The translations under genes were made by a program, and so were the position numbers. The notes beneath the pieces are model-generated. The model was given only the letters and a program-made list of their open reading frames with translations. It made no database searches and was not told the origin of the DNA. A stretch of 64,000 bases of DNA, taken from the IMG/VR virus record IMGVR_UViG_3300002835_000025; one strand, given 5' to 3'. Shown one piece after another: positions 1 to 6,927 of this stretch (its first letter is position 1; every line of letters begins with the position of its first letter). The DNA is from a virus.

Positions 1-12
1 ATTCATCCATGG

Positions 13-198
13 TTAATGATTTGCTTTCTGTTCTTTCTGTTCTTCCAAGTATTCAACCAACATAGCAATATAAATTTCCCTCTCGAATGGTATCATATTC
101 TCAATATCCTCTAAAGAATATTTGTGATACTGCATTAAGGCAAAGTTCATTTTATAGAAATTTGCCAACGAATCATGCGAAAGGGCAACTAAAAAAAA
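13..198 (-). CDS. gp51: gp51-like baseplate hub assembly protein (not in ORF track); probably the -1 frameshift extension of gp26; first in-frame ATG at 150
   Basis: Manual translation: (FFL)VALSHDSLANFYKMNFALMQYHKYSLEDIENMIPFEREIYIAMLVEYLEEQKEQKANH*. It matches the gp51-family motif NFALMQxHKYSLxxIENMIPxEREIY and lies directly downstream of gp26. Confidence 0.85.
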   Translation of the reverse strand, partial: FFLVALSHDSLANFYKMNFALMQYHKYSLEDIENMIPFEREIYIAMLVEYLEEQKEQKANH

Positions 199-902
199 GT
201 TTCTATACCTTCAATGTACTTGTTGTGTTCCTTCATACAAACCGGACATCTGTATTTTACGGCTTGTCTTAATCTTGGCATTGTTTCATAAAACTTTACA
301 ATGCTAGCAAATTGGTCCGATGTTAAGTTATCGAGGAATTCAGTTAAATCTTCTCTTGTTTGTTCTTTAGCATAATATGTTTCATTACCTTGATAGATGT
401 AATCAATAGAATCTATAATAAGATTGAAAATGCCACCAATGTCATCTGGGTCCAATCGGTCAAATGCAGTAATGTTATCAAGATTAGGATACTTTAAAAC
501 CATTCCAGTTTCATCGTACAGTTTAATCTTTTTATTATGTTCAGGATTCTTAGTAACTTCCATCTTGGTCAAATCAAAGTTAATTTTTACCTTTGCTTTA
601 TCATCAATACAAGTATCACATGAGAAAATAAGATCAACCATTTCTCCTACTGACTTAGCACGAATCTGAAGTAACAGATATTGCAAGTCAAATATTGCTA
701 AAGAATCGATATCGACTTTATCCATAATACAACTTCTAGCAACTTCCTTTAAAGTATCGACCATGACTTTTTGGTCTTCGCTTTGCTGTGCCATAAGAAG
801 TGCTTTGTGTTCCTTGATGAGAAAAGGTTTGAACTTTATCTTTTGGTCAGTTGATGGTATAGTTGTATTATAAACTGTAGTTACTTGTTTAGGTAATGCC
901 AT
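189..902 (-). CDS. gp26: baseplate hub subunit gp26-like
   Basis: MALPK...IPST...KFKPFLIKEHKALLMA, LAIFDLQYLLLQIRAKSVGE, two CxxC pairs and C-terminal EGIETFF are typical of this family. Confidence 0.85.
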   Translation of the reverse strand: MALPKQVTTVYNTTIPSTDQKIKFKPFLIKEHKALLMAQQSEDQKVMVDTLKEVARSCIMDKVDIDSLAIFDLQYLLLQIRAKSVGEMVDLIFSCDTCIDDKAKVKINFDLTKMEVTKNPEHNKKIKLYDETGMVLKYPNLDNITAFDRLDPDDIGGIFNLIIDSIDYIYQGNETYYAKEQTREDLTEFLDNLTSDQFASIVKFYETMPRLRQAVKYRCPVCMKEHNKYIEGIETFF

Positions 903-904
903 AA

Positions 905-1315
905 TTAGTCGCCTTTATTCATTTTGTCTATAAGTTTCGAGAGTTCTGCAGTTGAACCAACAAAGATTGAATTGTTAGTCACATTAGTTGCTTTTTGTTC
1001 TGGTTCTTTTGTTACTAACTTTTGTTTCTTTGTATGAACGTCAAGTAACTGATGGTTTATGTCAGCGAGTTGTTTGATAAGATTACCAACAACTTCAAAT
1101 GCTCTTGGGTGCTCGGATTGTTTAGCAATCTCAAGAGCAGCATCAAGGGCATCCTGTCCGCTTTGAAGTAGTCCATATAAATTACCTCGGGTTTGTTCAC
1201 AATCATAATTGACAGCATTGTCCTTTGGAGGAACTACTATTCCTTGTCTAGTAATCAAGTCACCATCCATCGGAGTTAAATCAAAGACATCATTTAATTT
1301 TTTATCAATGTTCAT
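905..1315 (-). CDS. gp16: terminase small subunit (start re-called at ATG 1315)
   Basis: TRGNLYGLLQSGQDAL...AKQSEHPRAFEVVGNLIKQLAD...TNVTNNSIFVGSTAEL is the T4-like gp16 signature. Confidence 0.85.
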   Translation of the reverse strand: MNIDKKLNDVFDLTPMDGDLITRQGIVVPPKDNAVNYDCEQTRGNLYGLLQSGQDALDAALEIAKQSEHPRAFEVVGNLIKQLADINHQLLDVHTKKQKLVTKEPEQKATNVTNNSIFVGSTAELSKLIDKMNKGD

Positions 1316-1322
1316 AATAAGT

Positions 1323-2054
1323 TTATTGAAATTGTGATTGAAATCTAGTTGGATTAACAATATAATCCGATTGTTGGAATCTCAGAGAGTTGTAATACCC
1401 ACCCAAAAGATTTGATGCGGTCTTATCACCTATCTTTTGTTTCAAGAAATTACTAATCTTAGTATTATCCGCTGATTCAATTACATCATTAGTCTCGTAA
1501 TTGAAAACTGTATAATATCTATATTGCATTGAAACTGATAATTTCATTACTCCATCTCCAGTATAAGACAATTGAATATCCGATACTGATTTTGGAAATG
1601 CTTCATGTAATGTTACTTTATATTTTTCATTATGTTCTGAATCATAAACAATAATATCAACCAATGTGGTATAATTCTTATAGTAAGCATGATTTCTTGT
1701 TATTGGATTGATAATAGAATTGATCCAAGAATCAAAGAATTTCTTTATATTCATATCATTATCAACGTAGAATGTTAGATTTACTGGGTCGTATATTCTT
1801 TGTGTTGGCGATTCTCTTGTTTCACCATAAGCTGATACATCTACCGTACCAAGTGAAGTACCTGGCAAATTAGTAGAATCACAGAACATAATATATTTTT
1901 TCATTGCTTGAGATGATGCAAAAGAACCTGGTATAGTAGTTCTGTTATTTGCATCTGTAGGCACAGTAATCGACACGGCAAAATGGGAGCTTTTCATCAA
2001 CCCACCATTCTTTACCTCTGAGATAAAACTTTGAAGAGAACCTGTTTCTGACAT
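1323..2054 (-). CDS. gp54: baseplate tail-tube initiator (gp19-family)
   Basis: gp19-like motifs CDSTNLPG...YDPVNLTFYVDNDMNIKKFFDSW...LHEAFPKSV; baseplate context. Confidence 0.75.
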   Translation of the reverse strand: MSETGSLQSFISEVKNGGLMKSSHFAVSITVPTDANNRTTIPGSFASSQAMKKYIMFCDSTNLPGTSLGTVDVSAYGETRESPTQRIYDPVNLTFYVDNDMNIKKFFDSWINSIINPITRNHAYYKNYTTLVDIIVYDSEHNEKYKVTLHEAFPKSVSDIQLSYTGDGVMKLSVSMQYRYYTVFNYETNDVIESADNTKISNFLKQKIGDKTASNLLGGYYNSLRFQQSDYIVNPTRFQSQFQ

Positions 2055-2063
2055 GTTATTTCC

Positions 2064-2816
2064 TTATTGTTTCCAAATGTATTCTTTAGATTCACCAACA
2101 AACATCTCATTTGGTAATAGTGCAGCCGTTAACCAATTATCAGAATGGATCTTTTTAATTGGGGTTTTGAAATGGTCAAATAGATAACGATGAATACATT
2201 TCTCAAATTTCTTGCCCCTTGCTACAGTTCGAAGTATATCATATGAAATAGTCAACTTAGCACTTGTTGTTTTTCTAGGACTAGATGCAACTTCTTGTAA
2301 TGCATCCAATAATAATATTCTCTGTTTATAATGAAGATAATGTAAATTGATTCCAATAAATCCATCCGGCATCATTCTGAATGGAAATACTAATGGAAAC
2401 TTATCCCAATATGGCAAAGTTGCTTTATGTTTAGCATCGTAATAGTACATATACAATTCGCCAGGGACAGGATTATTTTGAGTAGAACTTCTAAGATGAC
2501 CTTCTCTAGAAGATGCTAATCTTTTTGCTTCAGACGTAAACCAAGCTTTTGAATTTTTTATAATATCTTTCAATTCATAATTAGAAGCATCCAATACTCT
2601 TTGTTGTATAAGTTTCTTTGGAAGAGTTCTTACTTTAACATTAATCTTATCCCAAACATTACCAGGCATTTTTATGGAACCAGTTTCCATCTTATTCCAC
2701 GATGCTTCTGAAATTCCGGCATATTCAGATGCTTGTTTAGACGATAACTTGTATAAACTTCTAAGAGCTTTTATTTCTTTAATTGATGGGCTGTCAGAGG
2801 TTTCTTTTTGTACCAT
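2064..2816 (-). CDS. gp2: DNA end protector protein with an N-terminal XRE-type HTH
   Basis: PGELYMYYYDAKHKATLPYWDKFPLVFP...GFIGINLHYL...CIHRYLFDH is gp2-like; residues ~10-58 look like an HTH. Confidence 0.85.
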   Translation of the reverse strand: MVQKETSDSPSIKEIKALRSLYKLSSKQASEYAGISEASWNKMETGSIKMPGNVWDKINVKVRTLPKKLIQQRVLDASNYELKDIIKNSKAWFTSEAKRLASSREGHLRSSTQNNPVPGELYMYYYDAKHKATLPYWDKFPLVFPFRMMPDGFIGINLHYLHYKQRILLLDALQEVASSPRKTTSAKLTISYDILRTVARGKKFEKCIHRYLFDHFKTPIKKIHSDNWLTAALLPNEMFVGESKEYIWKQ

Positions 2817-2846
2817 ATAGAATTCCTTAATTATTCACGTTCATAT

Positions 2847-2854
2847 TATTTATA
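2847..2854 (-). promoter_or_regulatory. T4-type late promoter TATAAATA upstream of gp2
   Basis: + strand tatttata at 2847-2854, ~30 nt upstream of the gp2 start; gp55 is encoded in the window. Confidence 0.75.
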
Positions 2855-3292
2855 TCAAAAAAGATGTTTTTCAGTCAATACTATGAATTCCCATCCTCTA
2901 TCTATAGCCCACTTATTTGCTGCTTCCCATTTAGCTTGGTTAACCATAAAAGTAGCACATTCAGTCAAATATCTTTTAGTTTGTCTTGATGGTACTTTAG
3001 GCGGTTTGCATTGAGCATCAGGTTTGATTTCAACCAAATAAGTCTTGATTTCACCTTTACTATTTTTTACTTTTATTTTGAAATCCAAGAAGTATCTATG
3101 TGGTTTCATATCAACGGGTGACCTATAAGGAACAACAGTTTCTTCAGATGACCATTTAATAACATTAGAATTGTTATCTGCCCAATTCATGAACTTCAAT
3201 TCCCAGCTACTCCTATACGTGATTTGACTTACGTTACCTTCATACTTTTCTGGAAATTTAGGTGACCATTTGCCTTTGTGATATTTGCTCAT
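2855..3292 (-). CDS. gp4: head completion nuclease (TnsA-like fold)
   Basis: KYEGNVSQITYRSSWELKFMNWAD...WSSEE...HRYFLDF...LVEIKP...VNQAKWEAA. Confidence 0.92.
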   Translation of the reverse strand: MSKYHKGKWSPKFPEKYEGNVSQITYRSSWELKFMNWADNNSNVIKWSSEETVVPYRSPVDMKPHRYFLDFKIKVKNSKGEIKTYLVEIKPDAQCKPPKVPSRQTKRYLTECATFMVNQAKWEAANKWAIDRGWEFIVLTEKHLF

Positions 3293-3298
3293 AATCTG

Positions 3299-3315
3299 TA
3301 TTTATTATATAAATA
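3299..3315. promoter_or_regulatory. back-to-back late promoters: TATAAATA (+, 3308-3315) for gp48 and AATAAATA (-, 3299-3306) for gp4
   Basis: Exact and one-mismatch late consensus in the 54-bp divergent gap. Confidence 0.75.
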
Positions 3316-3346
3316 AACATTATATATCTTAAACAAGAGAATAAAG

Positions 3347-4450
3347 ATGGCACAAAGAACCCAATACACTAAACAGAATTTTAAGAATACCTATTCTACA
3401 GATTCATTTAGTTATCCAGATGATGTGACTACTAGCGAAGTCTATGGTGGTAACTTTGCTGTGTTTTTCATCAATGTACAAGAACAATCTAAATTATTAA
3501 ATGGCGATACCTCATTCGTGAATGATGTGATTACTGGAATTAATAATAACGCTGGAAATATTAGTACTACTGCTGCTATTGCATCTCAAGCAATGGTTGG
3601 AGCATTCCAAGGTGGTCTTGTTGGTGCAATAGGAGGAGTTTATGATGCAGTCAAAAGTGCGGGTGCTGGTAATGCCGCAGATACTGGATTAGCAAATTCA
3701 GGAAAGGGTATTTTAGGTTCTGCTGCTAAAAAACTTGCTGCTCCATTAGGAGGTGCTATATTGAAAGGCGGTGCGGCTGGCGTAATTGCTTACGAATCTG
3801 GTGGATTCTCGCAACCAGTAAAGCGATTGAAAACTGCTATTTCTCTTTATATGCCATCTAGTCTATCTGCTACTTATGGCGTTCAGTACAATGAATCTGA
3901 AGTACCACTTACAATGCAAGTAGCAAATGCTGTTGGTGATATGTTTAATGGCACTTTACCAGTTGGCGATACTAGTAAAGCAATTGCTACTGCCGTAGGA
4001 TTCAAAATGAGTGGTGATGCTGCTGGAGCACTTTCAAAATTATCCAAATTGGCTCCTAATCCAACAACAGAAATGGTATTTCAATCTGTAGAGACTAGAA
4101 CATTCAGTTTTAACTATAGATTTGCTCCACGTTCTGAAAAAGAAGCTGAGAATGTTCTGAGAATTATTGAACAATTCAAATTCCATATGCATCCAGAATT
4201 TAAAGATCAAACTGGATTCCTTTACATATATCCGTCCGAATTTGATATTGTTTACTATTCGGGTGGGCAAGAAAATCCTAATCTACATAAGCATACTTCA
4301 TGTGTACTGATTAATATGGTAGTAAACTATACTCCTAATAGTATATTTTCTACATTCGACAATGGAATGCCTACCCAGATTGAACTAACTCTATCATTCA
4401 AAGAATTGGCAAAACTAGACAAACAGAAAATTCAGGAAGGAAAATTCTAA
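3347..4450 (+). CDS. gp48: baseplate tail-tube cap
   Basis: ISLYMP...NPTTEMVFQSVETRTFSFNYRFAPRSEKEA...YPSEFDI...GMPTQIELTLSFKEL. Confidence 0.88.
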   Translation: MAQRTQYTKQNFKNTYSTDSFSYPDDVTTSEVYGGNFAVFFINVQEQSKLLNGDTSFVNDVITGINNNAGNISTTAAIASQAMVGAFQGGLVGAIGGVYDAVKSAGAGNAADTGLANSGKGILGSAAKKLAAPLGGAILKGGAAGVIAYESGGFSQPVKRLKTAISLYMPSSLSATYGVQYNESEVPLTMQVANAVGDMFNGTLPVGDTSKAIATAVGFKMSGDAAGALSKLSKLAPNPTTEMVFQSVETRTFSFNYRFAPRSEKEAENVLRIIEQFKFHMHPEFKDQTGFLYIYPSEFDIVYYSGGQENPNLHKHTSCVLINMVVNYTPNSIFSTFDNGMPTQIELTLSFKELAKLDKQKIQEGKF

Positions 4451-4953
4451 TGTACTTTCAAGATTTTGATAAAATATACTACAATTTTGATATCAACGGT
4501 AAGACTGAAACTAGAGTAATGACTGACATTACTAAGAATGTCAGAATAAGAAAACAAATCTTATCCAATATTACTCTGTTTGATGAGTATACTATTACAG
4601 ATGGTGAAACTCCAGAATCTATTGCCGAATTGATATATGGTAGAGCAGACTATCATTGGGCAGTAATGTTGTCTAATGATATGTACGACTATCTTAATGA
4701 TTTTCCATTACCGATGAGAACAATGGAAAAGGTGATTGCGGATAAATATGGTGAAGATAACGTAAACAATATTCACCATTATGAAGCAGTAATACATGGA
4801 ACGTCTTATGTTGTTGATGAAGATGCACCAAATTCTGTTCCTATTACAAATTCAGATTATGAATATACTGTCAATGAGAGTAAAAGAAATATAAAATTAA
4901 TCTCTCCGCTATTAATTGAACAAGTTGCTAATGAATTAGGTAATCTAGTCTAA
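4450..4953 (+). CDS. gp53: baseplate wedge subunit (LysM-like)
   Basis: MYFQDF...DGETPESIAELIYGRADYHWAVML...IHHYE...NESKRNIKLI. Confidence 0.88.
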   Translation: MYFQDFDKIYYNFDINGKTETRVMTDITKNVRIRKQILSNITLFDEYTITDGETPESIAELIYGRADYHWAVMLSNDMYDYLNDFPLPMRTMEKVIADKYGEDNVNNIHHYEAVIHGTSYVVDEDAPNSVPITNSDYEYTVNESKRNIKLISPLLIEQVANELGNLV

Positions 4954-6221
4954 TGGCCATAACTAATGAACTAAAAGCTGCAGGCGAAGTTGATATCCAA
5001 CGGGTAGAAATAGTAGCATCTTCAAGACGTTCTTTGGATATCAGAAACCAAGTGCTTGCTATTAATATCTTTGAAGATATATTCTCACCATTCATAACAG
5101 GAAATCTTGTTATCAAAGATGCTATGGATTTAGTAAATTACTTGCCATTGGTCGGCGATGAAACTTTACTCCTAAGACTAGCAACACCAGGATTCAAAGA
5201 CAAGAATACTTTCATAGACATTACTTGCAAGATATTCAAATTGTCTGATAGAGAAATGATGAGCAACCGTTCTGTTGGTTATATTCTCCACTTCATATCT
5301 AATGAAGCGATGATGGATTTGAATCTCAAATTGAGCAAGTCGTTCAATGATAATATTGCAAATGTTGCTACCAAAATTCTTACCGATTGCAGTGCTAAAG
5401 ATCCTGATAGATTCCACGTCGAACCAACTAGCAATAATATTTCCTACGTTTCAAATTATTGGTCGCCAGTAAAGAACCTGAATTATTTGGCTGACCATGC
5501 TATAAGTATGACAGGTTCGCCAACATTCTTGTTCTTTGAGAATAGAAATGGATTGAACTTTGCATCTCTTGATTACCTCTATACATTGCCTAAGGTCCGT
5601 GACTTTATCGTTAACGACTATTCAAGAGACTTTAACCAAGGTAATAACGGTAACATAAGAAACATTGAAAGAGATTTCAGTCAGGTAATAGACATAACAG
5701 TTCCTGTAGCTTATGACTATGTTGATAGAATGAGAAGTGGTACTTTTGCTTCAACCCTAATTACTCATGATATTACAACAAAGACTTATACCTATGCTGG
5801 ATTTGATTATCTTACAGATTACGATAAAGATAAAAGACTGAACAAGTATCCATTACTCAATTCCAATATTGTACATTCTCCAGCAGCAGCCATTGCTACT
5901 ATTCATAAAGCCAATGGTGTATTGGCAGGAAACAATGACGTTACAAATTCTAAGATATTCCAGAAAAGACGTTCATTGTTATCATTAGCAGAAAGTTGCC
6001 GAGTTCAAATAACAGTACTTGGTCGTACAGATTATACCATTGGCCAAAAGGTCAATGTTAATACTAATCGGAATATGCCAATCGATAAAGAAGACAAAGA
6101 TGTTACTGATAATACCTTTTCTGGCGATTATATTATAGCATCCATAAGACACGTTATTGATAGAGAATCTCACCAATGTGTTATGGAACTTATTAAAGAT
6201 TCAACTAATTTGAAAATATGA
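4953..6221 (+). CDS. baseplate hub protein (gp27-like)
   Basis: IFEDIFSPFITGNLVIKD...FLFFENRNGLNFASL...SGDYIIASIRH; sits between gp53 and gp5. Confidence 0.65.
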   Translation: MAITNELKAAGEVDIQRVEIVASSRRSLDIRNQVLAINIFEDIFSPFITGNLVIKDAMDLVNYLPLVGDETLLLRLATPGFKDKNTFIDITCKIFKLSDREMMSNRSVGYILHFISNEAMMDLNLKLSKSFNDNIANVATKILTDCSAKDPDRFHVEPTSNNISYVSNYWSPVKNLNYLADHAISMTGSPTFLFFENRNGLNFASLDYLYTLPKVRDFIVNDYSRDFNQGNNGNIRNIERDFSQVIDITVPVAYDYVDRMRSGTFASTLITHDITTKTYTYAGFDYLTDYDKDKRLNKYPLLNSNIVHSPAAAIATIHKANGVLAGNNDVTNSKIFQKRRSLLSLAESCRVQITVLGRTDYTIGQKVNVNTNRNMPIDKEDKDVTDNTFSGDYIIASIRHVIDRESHQCVMELIKDSTNLKI

Positions 6222-6229
6222 GGTAGTTA

Positions 6230-6919
6230 ATGAGTCAAGTATTCTATACAGGCTGCGTTGAGAACAGAATGGATCCACTTATGCTTGGTAGATGCCAAGT
6301 AAGGATTGTTGGATTACATACACATGATAAAGTTGAATTGCCAACGAAAGATTTACCATGGGCTCATCCTATGGGACCGATTACTAGTGCTTCAATGAAT
6401 GGCATTGGTTGGTCACCTACTGGAGTGGTTCAAGGTACTTGGGTCATTGTTATCTTTATGGATGAATTCAAACAGCAACCAATAATGATTGGTACTATTG
6501 GTGGCATTCCAATGACCAAATCAGCCGCATTGATTGCTGAAGTTACTAATGGTGTTGTATCGACCGACGAAGATGGTGATCTTATTAGTTCAACTGGTGA
6601 CATTGTTACTGATTTAGTATCTCAGATTGCTGACGAAATCAATGCCGATTCGGGTACTGAACAGAAACGTGGTGACAAATACCAAATAAAAGCTGTTACA
6701 GTTCAGACATCTAATGGTCCTGTTACTACTTATAATATTGTTAATATGGAAGATAGTACGATTATTGGCACTGCACTCATAAATGAGTATACTAATCTAT
6801 ATGAAGTCACTTTACTGAATCAAGAAAAATATACAGTAGAACAATATACTCCATTTGCATTACCGAAAGAATTTGATACTATAGATTCAATTTCTTCTTA
6901 TTTCGAAACTAATTTTTAG
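6230..6919 (+). CDS. gp5: gp5 N-terminal OB-fold part (central spike, first half of a split gene)
   Basis: GCVENRMDPLMLGRCQVRIVGLHT...LPTKDLPWA...GTWVIVIFMD...QQPIMIGTIGG is the gp5 OB domain. Confidence 0.88.
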   Translation: MSQVFYTGCVENRMDPLMLGRCQVRIVGLHTHDKVELPTKDLPWAHPMGPITSASMNGIGWSPTGVVQGTWVIVIFMDEFKQQPIMIGTIGGIPMTKSAALIAEVTNGVVSTDEDGDLISSTGDIVTDLVSQIADEINADSGTEQKRGDKYQIKAVTVQTSNGPVTTYNIVNMEDSTIIGTALINEYTNLYEVTLLNQEKYTVEQYTPFALPKEFDTIDSISSYFETNF

Positions 6920-6927
6920 GATACATT

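Noticed and set aside
2855-3292. TnsA-like nuclease as evidence of a transposon or homing endonuclease
   Set aside because: Sequence and position match core gene gp4; there are no transposon ends or other Tns genes.
6917-6919. Stop-codon reassignment (TAG readthrough) explaining the split genes
   Set aside because: The downstream halves are out of frame, and TAG, TGA and TAA all end conserved genes at their expected positions (e.g. gp23 TAG, gp17 TGA).
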